Source: Xanthobacteraceae bacterium
Lineage (GTDB): Bacteria; Pseudomonadota; Alphaproteobacteria; Rhizobiales; Xanthobacteraceae
DNA: 64,000 nt
Direction of reading: 5' to 3'
Assembly: GCA_049698215.1 (NCBI GenBank)
Contig: JBAVXH010000428.1
Span: forward strand, 613-64,612
A program made the position numbers and the translations under genes. Positions 7,968 to 16,488 of the stretch are shown here, piece after piece. Each line of letters begins with the position of its first letter. The stretch's first letter is position 1. The notes under the pieces were generated by a model. It saw nothing but the letters and a program-made list of their open reading frames with translations. It searched no databases and was not told the origin of the DNA.

Positions 7968-9766
7968 AATCCTGCGAGAACCAATCCACCGACCGAAAGT
8001 TGCACCAACAATTGGCCGAAGGGATCGCTCGGCCAGAATTGCGTGAGCACCACCGGCAGGCGGAGGCCGTTGGTGAAAAGAAGAGCGCCAGCCAGAGCCA
8101 CACCCGCGATCACCATCGCTGCGGTGAGCCGGTTGATGCTGCGGCGCAGCCGATGAACTTCCTCCGGGTGCACGGCCGGAGCCACGACCGCGGTGACACG
8201 CTCATTCTTTCCCGCCACCAGTTGGAGGATCCAGATCATGCCACTCGGAATGCGCCCCGCGGCGACATCCTGCGCGGAGGTGCGGATCATCGTGGTGAAT
8301 TTTTCCAGGATTTCCTTTTGCAATAGCTGCTGGGCGAACGGGGCTGTTTCCGCCCACGGGTCGAAGTCCGTATCCAAACGCGCAGTCAAACCGGACAGCA
8401 TACCCATGGCCCGCATCATGAAGAGCATCTCGGTTTGAAATTGAAACGGGGCAAGGCGCATCAAATCTTGATACTTATCGAAGAACGCACGCGCCGCCGG
8501 GTTGGTGAGATCGCTCGAGCGCACCTGGCCAAGGAACGATCCCCAGAACAGGTCGAGTTGCTCGCGGATCATCTCCTCAATCCGCACCAGATCGGCGCCT
8601 GGCTGGAGGACACCCACAAGGCTGTACGATTCGAGAATCCGGCGCGGGTCTCGAGTCCCGAGGCCGATGACAAGTTCCCGTAGCGCGCTATGGAAACGCG
8701 GTGGCATCTCGACCACCATTCCGAAATCGATGAAATAGATAGCGAAGGGCGTCGAGAGCCTCTGGGGCGCCGCATGGTCGAGGCGAGATGCGCTCGGGTA
8801 TTCGCTTTCCATCAGGGGAAGCGGACGAACGAAGATATTACCCGGATGGGGATCGGCGTGGATGCGATAGGTAACGAAGAATTGCCGGAGATAGATATTG
8901 TAAACCGTGCGGGCGACGGCCTTCGGATCGATTCCGGCCTGTTCAAGGCCCACGACGTCATCGATACGAATGTACGACACATCCTCCATGGTGAGCGTGC
9001 CGGACGAGCTCTCGCGGCGATGGATGCGCGGCACCCTGAAGGCCGGATCGCCGGCGAAATCCACAGCGAAGCGTTCGATATTCAGGGCTTCGAGCCGCAG
9101 ATCGAGCTCGCGCACGGTCACCTGCTCGAACTCGTTCACCAGCGCATTGACATCGACGCTGCGCGTCAAGGGCCTCACGCGCTTGAGCACTGACGCAAGC
9201 TTCCACAGCAGGACGAAGTCGGACGCAATGATTTCACGAATGTGCGGACGAAGAACCTTCACGACGACAGGTTCGCCGGAAAGATCGTACGCTTTGTGAA
9301 CCTGGGCAAGCGACGCCGAGCCGATCGGGTACTCCGAGAAGGAGGAAAACAAGTCGCTAATGGCGCATCTGAACTCGGCTTCGATCAGCGCAATGATCCG
9401 CTGCACCGGCTCGGGCGGCACGTGATCCCGCAGCGACTCCAATTCCTGGGTGATTTCGAGCGGCAGCACGTCGACCCGGGTGCTGAGAAACTGCCCGAGC
9501 TTGATCCAGAGGCCCTGCCACCCCAGCGCGAGCTTCTTGTATTCCCTGGCATTGCGTTGCCAGCGCGGCACCCATGGGGTGCGGAACACGCGCAACCACG
9601 TGTATTTGAGGAAAACGTCCCACCACAGGAAATGCGCGACCATCCTGGTGAAAAAGGCAACGATGCGCCGCCGCCGCCTGCGCAGTGCGAGAGCGCTGGG
9701 GCCGGTCAGCACAGTGCGGTCGCCCTCATCGGGCGGCACGCTCGTGACTATGACCCTCTCGCGCAT
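7952..9766 (-). CDS. ABC1/UbiB-family atypical kinase with C-terminal transmembrane helices
   Basis: KLGQFLSTRVDVLP, GSASLAQVHKA, VVVKVLRP, HADPHPGNIFV, IDFGMV. The C-terminus has two hydrophobic helices (AAMVIAGVALAGALLF...; LLVQLSVGGLVLAGLW). Confidence 0.75.
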   Translation of the reverse strand: MRERVIVTSVPPDEGDRTVLTGPSALALRRRRRRIVAFFTRMVAHFLWWDVFLKYTWLRVFRTPWVPRWQRNAREYKKLALGWQGLWIKLGQFLSTRVDVLPLEITQELESLRDHVPPEPVQRIIALIEAEFRCAISDLFSSFSEYPIGSASLAQVHKAYDLSGEPVVVKVLRPHIREIIASDFVLLWKLASVLKRVRPLTRSVDVNALVNEFEQVTVRELDLRLEALNIERFAVDFAGDPAFRVPRIHRRESSSGTLTMEDVSYIRIDDVVGLEQAGIDPKAVARTVYNIYLRQFFVTYRIHADPHPGNIFVRPLPLMESEYPSASRLDHAAPQRLSTPFAIYFIDFGMVVEMPPRFHSALRELVIGLGTRDPRRILESYSLVGVLQPGADLVRIEEMIREQLDLFWGSFLGQVRSSDLTNPAARAFFDKYQDLMRLAPFQFQTEMLFMMRAMGMLSGLTARLDTDFDPWAETAPFAQQLLQKEILEKFTTMIRTSAQDVAAGRIPSGMIWILQLVAGKNERVTAVVAPAVHPEEVHRLRRSINRLTAAMVIAGVALAGALLFTNGLRLPVVLTQFWPSDPFGQLLVQLSVGGLVLAGLWRLS

Positions 9767-9787
9767 GGAACTCCCAATCGTCCGCTG

Positions 9788-11107
9788 TCAGTGGCCGGCT
9801 CGCGTTGTCCCTTTCAGCATCCGCGTCCGCAGCACCCCGGACAGGAATTGTTCAAAGGCTAAACAGGAATCCTGCTGTGCAGTTCGCCGCGCGATCTTCT
9901 GAGCCGCGACGCGATATTTGTCTTCGCTGAGGAGCCGCAGCGCCAACCGCCGCAGCGAATCGTCCGTGACCTCCGACTCGCGCATGAGCTCGCAGGCTCC
10001 CGCCTGCTCCACAGCCATGCTGTACAGCATCTGATCCAGATTCGAGATGAGCCCGAGGTAAGGGACGCCTGCGGATACGGCTTGCTGGCCCGACATCGCG
10101 CCTCCGTTGCAGATGACGAATCTGGAACGCCGGGCCGCTTCCATCCCGGGAATGAATTCAGCGAGGAAGACATTGCTCGGCAGTTGCGAGGGATTGATCC
10201 GGGCTGCGGTCGCCGCAATCACCGTCACCGGCAGCTCGCCCAAAACGCGGAACACCGTTTGCAGGAGCGCGGGTTCGCCGGTGCTGCCCAGCGAGACGTA
10301 CACGATCGGCTTGTGGGCGGGCAGGCGATCCCACCACGCAGGCGGCGGCACTTGGGCAGACCAGAGTAACGGGCCGATGAAGGCGTGTTCGGGCGGCAAA
10401 GGCTCGTGCAGCCGGTATAGCCCCGAATCGTTGGGATAAACCGCATAATCGCCGCAGGTGAAATAGGCCCGGATATCCGGTGCGATTTCCGGCAGCCCGT
10501 GTTTCCGCAGCACGCTGTTTATCGGTTCGACTTGGATCGCGAAGGCAATCGGAAGGACGACCGGCCGGACTATATGAAAGATGAAGTCCGACAAGGGGGT
10601 GCCTATCAGGCGCGAGATCGGGGAATCGGCCAGTTCGAACTTTGTGTCGACACACGGGCTCCAATGGGCATCGACGATCGACACGAAAGGAACGCCCGTC
10701 AGCCGACTGCTGACGATCAATGAGAACCGCGAATCGCCGACAACGATGTCGGGCTTGAACTCGCGAATAGTCTCGAGGTCGATCTGCACATACTTTTCCA
10801 GGATCTCGCGTGGAAAGAGCGGCTCGTTGTTATGTATACGCCGGAGAAAGGTCGAACTCGGCTCCGACTTGATATCGATGCGCGGGACGTTCTCGTCCGG
10901 CTGAAGCAGATGATTGTAGCGCGGATCGCGTGCAAAGCAGACGCTGTAGCCACGGCTGGCGAGATAGGAAGCGAGCATGGCCGGTCGCGCCACGTGCGAG
11001 AGGGCCGCGGTTTCGCCGATGAACAAAACGCGCGGTTTTGCGGAATCGACCGGGCTCCGGCCCGGCCTGGCCGGCGCCCATTGCTGCGCGTGGTGATACT
11101 CGCTCAT
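9788..11107 (-). CDS. GT1-family (MGT/UDP-glycosyltransferase-like) glycosyltransferase
   Basis: N-terminal VLFIGETAALSHVARPAMLASYL. The C-terminal donor-site region is VICNGGAMSGQQAVSAGVPYLGLISNLDQ (the hGG..s..eA...GvP...p...DQ pattern of GT1 enzymes). Start set at ATG 11105-11107 (MSEYHH), which overlaps the patatin TGA (ATGA). Confidence 0.7.
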   Translation of the reverse strand: MSEYHHAQQWAPARPGRSPVDSAKPRVLFIGETAALSHVARPAMLASYLASRGYSVCFARDPRYNHLLQPDENVPRIDIKSEPSSTFLRRIHNNEPLFPREILEKYVQIDLETIREFKPDIVVGDSRFSLIVSSRLTGVPFVSIVDAHWSPCVDTKFELADSPISRLIGTPLSDFIFHIVRPVVLPIAFAIQVEPINSVLRKHGLPEIAPDIRAYFTCGDYAVYPNDSGLYRLHEPLPPEHAFIGPLLWSAQVPPPAWWDRLPAHKPIVYVSLGSTGEPALLQTVFRVLGELPVTVIAATAARINPSQLPSNVFLAEFIPGMEAARRSRFVICNGGAMSGQQAVSAGVPYLGLISNLDQMLYSMAVEQAGACELMRESEVTDDSLRRLALRLLSEDKYRVAAQKIARRTAQQDSCLAFEQFLSGVLRTRMLKGTTRAGH

Positions 11108-12354
11108 CAGGTCCCGCGCAGTTGAGCGCCGCGGCGCGCTTGCATTTGCAGCGGATCGACGGTTGCCGGCGCCGATATTGCGTCTGCCGCGGTCGCGCCC
11201 GGCCAGAACCAGCCGCTGTCGGCCAGCCACTTGGCACTCCTTTGAACTGCCTCGTGCGTGCGCGGATCGTCCGGGACGAGAAAGTCCTTGATCGGAACGT
11301 TGAGGCGGTTGAAATTCTCTCGCAGCAGAACGCGGCATTGGAAGGCCGCCGACTCGTTGCCGCCCTGCAGAAATGCATCCACAAGGACCAGCGGATTTGA
11401 AAGATCAAATAGCCACTTTTGATAACCCCAGGCGGCGGATCCATTTTCGAATTCAGGATCGAGATATTGCGCCGTTCCCACCAGATTCCGGCCCGTGCCG
11501 ACCGACAGCACCAGAATCTCGTCCAACACACTCCCGGGCGCAATGGCGCCCCCTCTCATATGGATGATCGTGCCGACAATGGCCGCCAGAGTGATCATTG
11601 ACGGGTTGTTCGCGACGAGGCCCCCATCGACGAAGCCGGATACGCCGGGCGTGCCATAAAAGGACTGGTAAATAGGCAGCTCCAGCGGCGCAGCGCTGGT
11701 GCGCATCGCCACATCCACAACGCTCTCATCCAGGTCGGGATTGGAAGCCGGACTTATGCCTCCGTGCGGCAAGCTCACCGTGTACGGCAAATTCGTATAG
11801 AGCTTGGGCGCCCAGCTGCGCAGGTCGCTGGATTGACTCGCGACCTGCTTATCCAACTGGAAGGTGACGACCACGACCGGGTACCGCGTCAGGTCTCCCA
11901 GCCGCATGTCACCAAAGCGCTGAAGCAGCAATGTTTTCATGGCGTCATTGAGGAACAGGGAACGAACCCCGAGTGCCGCCATGGACAGGCCGGCGGCAAT
12001 CCTGATCACGGTACCGAGGTCTGCCGAATTCCCTGTGTGCGCCGGCATTTGCGCCAGCGCCTCAGACGCGGCAGCCTGGCTTTGCTGTAACGAACGTTGC
12101 GCCTCCGCGGAGCTCAGTCCTTCGAGGATCGAGGCGTTGACCTGGCTCCAAAAGGCCTTGATCTCTCCCAACGCAACCGTTGGATCGCCCGATGCAGCAA
12201 GATACAGGGCGTTAATGCCTCCCGCCGAGGTGCCGGCAAAAACATTGGCCTTATCAAGAAAGTGCTTGTGTGCAACATTTTCCAGTTGGATCAGCAACTC
12301 TGCGGTATTCAGGCCGTTGCCGCCATCCATCGAAAGGATTCGATATTTGCCCAT
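11107..12354 (-). CDS. Patatin-like phospholipase
   Basis: ILSMDGGNG (oxyanion DGGG-like), GTSAGG (GxSxG nucleophile), VDGGLVANNP (catalytic Asp, DGG). A purine-rich SD-like stretch lies upstream; the gap to the NRPS stop is 18 bp. Confidence 0.8.
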   Translation of the reverse strand: MGKYRILSMDGGNGLNTAELLIQLENVAHKHFLDKANVFAGTSAGGINALYLAASGDPTVALGEIKAFWSQVNASILEGLSSAEAQRSLQQSQAAASEALAQMPAHTGNSADLGTVIRIAAGLSMAALGVRSLFLNDAMKTLLLQRFGDMRLGDLTRYPVVVVTFQLDKQVASQSSDLRSWAPKLYTNLPYTVSLPHGGISPASNPDLDESVVDVAMRTSAAPLELPIYQSFYGTPGVSGFVDGGLVANNPSMITLAAIVGTIIHMRGGAIAPGSVLDEILVLSVGTGRNLVGTAQYLDPEFENGSAAWGYQKWLFDLSNPLVLVDAFLQGGNESAAFQCRVLLRENFNRLNVPIKDFLVPDDPRTHEAVQRSAKWLADSGWFWPGATAADAISAPATVDPLQMQARRGAQLRGT

Positions 12355-12372
12355 GACGCTGTCTCTTCCTCT

Positions 12373-15300
12373 CTAGTCGACGACCACGAGTTTAAGCTTT
12401 GGCTCGAGCGTCGATTCAAACATTGGCGCGAATTGCGTCGCCTGCTGTGGATCCAAAATCAAAGTCATGTGCGTGCCAGGCGCGTCCCGCATGTCCACCC
12501 GAGCGCACCACTTCGCCATGCTGTTCAGCAAGGCGTCTTCCGATACGTCCGCCGGCGGCTGGGTTCGAAACAGCGTCACCGCGCCATCGAAGTACCTCGG
12601 CTGATAACTGCGCAGGCCTCTGACGTTGGCGAGAAAGACCCGCAGGGAGCGGCCGGCGCCCGCGACAAGTTCACCCAGGAACTGAGCGGACGCACGCCAG
12701 CCGCGCTGCCGCACATTGAGGAGCGAGGGTGGCAGCGCAATGCCAAGGAAGTTGGCCAGTTGCCGCACGGTTGCGTAGTTCAACGGCATGCGTTCGCTGA
12801 ACGGATAGGTGACGGCCCACCAAAGCCCACGAAGCAGCGAAATATTGCCCGGCAGCTTCCCATTTTCGGGCAGGGCACCATCGACCAAGCCAAGATAAGC
12901 GACTTGCTTGCCCGCCTCGCGCAGCTGGCATGCGATCTCGAACGCCAAAGGGGCTCCGAGCGACCAGCCCGCAATATGATAAGGCCCGGAAGATTGAACG
13001 GCGTAGATCGCCGTGAGATAGGCGCGCGCCTGGTCTGGAATCGAGGCGGCGACCTTGCCGCCCGAGAAACCGGGCGACAACAGCCCATAGACGGCGCGGT
13101 CTCCTTCGAAGGCGGACGCCCAAACCGCGTAGCACGCCGGACTGCCGCTCGCCGGAGGCGCGAGGAACAAGGGGGGCTGCATACCGCGACCGGATCTGAG
13201 CGGCACGATCTCATCGGGCAGCTTTTCTGTCCGCTGCTGCGCATCGTCCAGAAAGCTGGCCAGGGCCTCGATTGTGGGCCGCGCCACCATGCGCGAGAGC
13301 GGGAGGTCGATATCGAAGAGTTCGCGAACACGGAGCGCGAGTCGCGTCGCTGATAGCGAGTCGCCGCCGATTTGAAAGAAATCGTCCTGCACACCGACAG
13401 CAGAAAGGCGCAGGATTTGCTGCCAGAGCTCCACCAAGCGGCTTTCGGTGACGGTGCGCGGCTTGCAAAAAGCAGCGCGAGAGCCGCCTGCCCCTGCATC
13501 CTCCGCCAATCGCTTCCAATCGGTCTTGCCGCTCGTCGTTCTCGGCAGCTGCCCAATCGTGGCAAATGAAGACGGCAGCATGTAGCTGGGTAGCTTGGCG
13601 GCGAGGTAAGTGCGCAACGCTTCGGGCTTCGGTGCGGCACCGCCGGCAGGCACCAGGTAGGCTGCAAGACTGACCCGGCCGTCCGGGCTTTCCCTCGGCA
13701 CAACCGCGGCCTCCCGGATGTCCGGAAGTTCGAGCAAGGTGCGCTCGATTTCGCTGAGCTCCACGCGGCAACCGTGAACCTGAACTTGCCGATCGGCGCG
13801 GCCCAGGAATTCGATCTCGCCGTCTCGACGGATCCGGCAGAGATCGCCGGTCCGATAGACGCGCCGGCCATCCGGCAGAGTCGCAAAACCTCCCGCAGCC
13901 GATTCCGCGGAGCCCCAATAGCCGAGGCCAACAGCGCGCCCGCCGACAATCAACTCGCCCCAAACGCCCGGCGGGACCGGTTGCAGATTTCGGTCGACGA
14001 TCCGCAGCCAGACATTGTCGATGGGCCGGCCGATCGAGGGCGCGCCACCTTGCGCCGCCGACTCTACGAGACCGGACGTCGTGACGACGGTGGCCTCTGT
14101 GGGACCGTAATTGTTGACCAGGCGAAATGCGAGATCGCGCTTTGGATGCTTGCGGAGGCGATCGCCCCCGGTCAGAAGCCACCGCAGCTTAGTGCTCGCA
14201 GGCCAATCCAGCTCGATCAATTCCTCGGCCAGCAGTGTGGGAGCGAAGCTGATGGTGATATCGCGCTGCACGAGCCAGTCACGCGTGCGCGCGGCGTCGG
14301 CGATCAGTCCGCGTGGCGGAAAGTGGATGCTCGCCCCCGCTGAGATATTGGCCCAGATCTCCCAGACCGAGGCATCAAAAGACACGGAGGCCATCTGCGA
14401 GGCGCGATCGTTCGGAGAAACGCCAAACGCACGCTGATGCCAGACGGCAAGATTGGCCAGGTTGGATCGAGAAAGAGCAACGCCTTTCGGCTGCCCCGTC
14501 GAGCCCGAGGTATAAATAACGTACGCAGGATCATCGGGCTCCGTCGTACTCGGAGCCGAAAGTGAATCGGCCTTCGGCGCTTCATTCAGCACCTGCGAGA
14601 GCCTGATCGTCTCCCCGCTAGCTTGAATATCATTGACCTGATCGTCGCCGACGATCGTCAAAGCCGCTCGGCTGTCGCGAATCAGAAAGGCAACACGGTC
14701 TGCCGGCCAGGTTGGATCGATGGGCACAAATGCGGCGCCCGCCTTCATGATTCCAAACTGCGCCGCCACCAGCGCCGGTCCCGGCGGCATGAACAGCGCG
14801 ACCGTCTGGCGCCGCCCGACATTCCGGCGGCTGAGAAAATTCGCTACCTGCGTTGCAAGCGCACTCAATTCACCGAACGTGAATTGGGTTACACCATCGC
14901 TGAGCGCGAGAGCTTGCGGCGCCTCTTGCGCGAATCTCTCCGTTGCCACGCAGGCGCTAACCGACTGCCGGTCCGAAGTATCGAGCCCGCTCGCCTCCAC
15001 GAGTGCCAGCTCATCGTCGCCGAGCATCGGCAACAGCGTGATCGGCGAGTCCGGCGCCGCCGCGACGGATCGCATCAGCGTATTGAAGTGGCGAGCGATC
15101 TGTTGGGCGGTGGCGGCCTCGTATTTTTCCGCGTCGTAGTCGAGGATCCCTTTGATCTCGTCGCCTGAATCTTCCATCGCAAGGACAAGGTCGAACTTGG
15201 CCATGCCATTGGTGACTTCGGCGCCGCGCACCGTGAAGCCGGGCGTCTCGACAAAGAGGTCGACCTTCTTCTGAAAATCGAACAGGACGCGCGCCAGCGA

Positions 15301-16488
15301 TCGTGCGCCATCTCCCTTGAGCCCGAGAGATTGCACCACACGCTGAAACGGCACTTCCTGGTTCGCCTGAGCCCCCATGGCGACATCGCGAACGCGCGCC
15401 AGGACCGTGCGGAACGTCGGATCGCCGGAAAGATCGGTGCGCAGAATGATCGTATTGATGAAGACGCCAACGATGCCGTTGAGACTGCTCTGGGTGCGGT
15501 TCGTCGTCGGCAACCCCACCAGGATGTCGTCCTGGCCGGAGTAGCGCATCAGCACGATATTGAAGACCGCGAGAAGCGCCATGAAGAGTGTGGCGTTCGA
15601 CTCGCGCGCGAGGCGCTTGAGCCCGTCGATCGTATCCGCCGGACAACTGAATACTTCCCGTCCACCCGCGTGTGCGCGGTCATCGGAGATTTGGCGGTCG
15701 ACAGGCAGCTGCAGCGGACCATCTATCCCTTGGAGCCGTTCCTTCCAATACTCGAGCTGCCGCTCAAGAAGCGGCGCTGCGTCGGTGAAGTGTGTCTGCT
15801 CCCACAGCGCAAAATCAGCGTACTGGGCATCGACCGCACCAAGCTTGGGCTCGCGGCCTTCGAGAAGCGCCGCATAAGCTCCAAACAACTCCCTGAAGAA
15901 AATTCCGCCGGACCACCCATCGAAAATGATGTGGTGCATCGTGAAGAGCAGGCGGTATTGATCTTCGTCGAGCCTCCAGAGTGCAGCGCGGAAAAGCGGA
16001 CCTTTGTCCAACTGGAACGGCTCGCGGACCAGGACTTGCGCCTCGGCCTGATATTTCGCCACGCGCCGGCCCGCTGCCAGATCGCGCAGATCGCGTATGT
16101 CGAGTCGCGGTAGCGAACATGCGGCGACGCGCTGAAGCAAGCGGCCCTCTGCTGAGTGGAATGTGGTCGAGAAAATCTCGTGCCGCGCCATCACCAAATC
16201 AAAACTTTGCGCCAAGATCTCCGCGCGAACGCGGCCTTCCAGCTTCAGCGCGAACGTTTCGTTATAGAGCGGCTGATCGGGGCTCCATTGATGATTGAAC
16301 CACATCCGCTCCTGTGCAGCGGAAAGCGGAAACTCCCGGCGATTGTCGCGCGAGTGTGACGGGATCTTGTCGTTGGGAGAAATGGCGTCTGGCGATGCGT
16401 CCTGCAGCAGCCGGCGCGTCAGCAGCGCACGCTGCTGCGGTGAGAGCGCCGCAAGGCGCTTGGAGAGTGTGGCTGCTTCAGCCGGCAT
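12373..16488 (-). CDS. Non-ribosomal peptide synthetase, single terminal module C-A-T-TE (A-domain code reads Leu)
   Basis: C: HHIIFDGWS. A: YVIYTSGSTGQPKG, NNYGPTEATV, YRTGDL, GRADRQVQVHGCRVEL, LPRTTSGKTD. T: FFQIGGDSLSA. TE: GWSLGAP. N-terminal LSKRLAALSPQQRALLTRRLL docking-like helix. Confidence 0.95.
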   Translation of the reverse strand: MPAEAATLSKRLAALSPQQRALLTRRLLQDASPDAISPNDKIPSHSRDNRREFPLSAAQERMWFNHQWSPDQPLYNETFALKLEGRVRAEILAQSFDLVMARHEIFSTTFHSAEGRLLQRVAACSLPRLDIRDLRDLAAGRRVAKYQAEAQVLVREPFQLDKGPLFRAALWRLDEDQYRLLFTMHHIIFDGWSGGIFFRELFGAYAALLEGREPKLGAVDAQYADFALWEQTHFTDAAPLLERQLEYWKERLQGIDGPLQLPVDRQISDDRAHAGGREVFSCPADTIDGLKRLARESNATLFMALLAVFNIVLMRYSGQDDILVGLPTTNRTQSSLNGIVGVFINTIILRTDLSGDPTFRTVLARVRDVAMGAQANQEVPFQRVVQSLGLKGDGARSLARVLFDFQKKVDLFVETPGFTVRGAEVTNGMAKFDLVLAMEDSGDEIKGILDYDAEKYEAATAQQIARHFNTLMRSVAAAPDSPITLLPMLGDDELALVEASGLDTSDRQSVSACVATERFAQEAPQALALSDGVTQFTFGELSALATQVANFLSRRNVGRRQTVALFMPPGPALVAAQFGIMKAGAAFVPIDPTWPADRVAFLIRDSRAALTIVGDDQVNDIQASGETIRLSQVLNEAPKADSLSAPSTTEPDDPAYVIYTSGSTGQPKGVALSRSNLANLAVWHQRAFGVSPNDRASQMASVSFDASVWEIWANISAGASIHFPPRGLIADAARTRDWLVQRDITISFAPTLLAEELIELDWPASTKLRWLLTGGDRLRKHPKRDLAFRLVNNYGPTEATVVTTSGLVESAAQGGAPSIGRPIDNVWLRIVDRNLQPVPPGVWGELIVGGRAVGLGYWGSAESAAGGFATLPDGRRVYRTGDLCRIRRDGEIEFLGRADRQVQVHGCRVELSEIERTLLELPDIREAAVVPRESPDGRVSLAAYLVPAGGAAPKPEALRTYLAAKLPSYMLPSSFATIGQLPRTTSGKTDWKRLAEDAGAGGSRAAFCKPRTVTESRLVELWQQILRLSAVGVQDDFFQIGGDSLSATRLALRVRELFDIDLPLSRMVARPTIEALASFLDDAQQRTEKLPDEIVPLRSGRGMQPPLFLAPPASGSPACYAVWASAFEGDRAVYGLLSPGFSGGKVAASIPDQARAYLTAIYAVQSSGPYHIAGWSLGAPLAFEIACQLREAGKQVAYLGLVDGALPENGKLPGNISLLRGLWWAVTYPFSERMPLNYATVRQLANFLGIALPPSLLNVRQRGWRASAQFLGELVAGAGRSLRVFLANVRGLRSYQPRYFDGAVTLFRTQPPADVSEDALLNSMAKWCARVDMRDAPGTHMTLILDPQQATQFAPMFESTLEPKLKLVVVD
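12376..13191 (-). other. NRPS thioesterase domain (approximate bounds)
   Basis: GWSLG with Ser at aa 1176; a His lies near the C-terminus (APGTHMTL). Confidence 0.6.
13249..13461 (-). other. NRPS thiolation (PCP) domain (approximate bounds)
   Basis: GGDSL with Ser at aa 1044. Confidence 0.6.
13504..14931 (-). other. NRPS adenylation domain (approximate bounds)
   Basis: aa ~520-995; core motifs A3, A5, A7, A8 and A10 read directly. Confidence 0.6.
15019..16341 (-). other. NRPS condensation domain (approximate bounds)
   Basis: aa ~50-490; HHxxxDG at aa 185-191. Confidence 0.6.

Noticed and set aside
11108-11338. 77-aa N-terminal extension of the glycosyltransferase ORF (9788..11338)
   Set aside because: It overlaps the patatin 3' end and is Arg-rich. 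The ATG at 11105-11107 forms an ATGA junction with the patatin stop and precedes the conserved GT1 N-terminus.
1117-12354. Idea that patatin, PLD, EEP, HD and lipase genes form an anti-phage defence island
   Set aside because: I found no defence hallmarks: no cyclase, sensor ATPase, TIR/Sir2, restriction or methylase, Cas, integrase or flanking mobile elements. The genes are translationally packed with metabolic or biosynthetic genes, and the PLD carries a membrane VTT domain that suggests lipid chemistry. The idea is not excluded, only unsupported.
12097-13353. 418-aa plus-strand ORF, and the off-frame minus-strand ORFs 12780..13949 and 13211..14182
   Set aside because: They overlap the NRPS TE, T and A regions in the wrong frame or strand. 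Their composition is low-complexity and Arg-rich.
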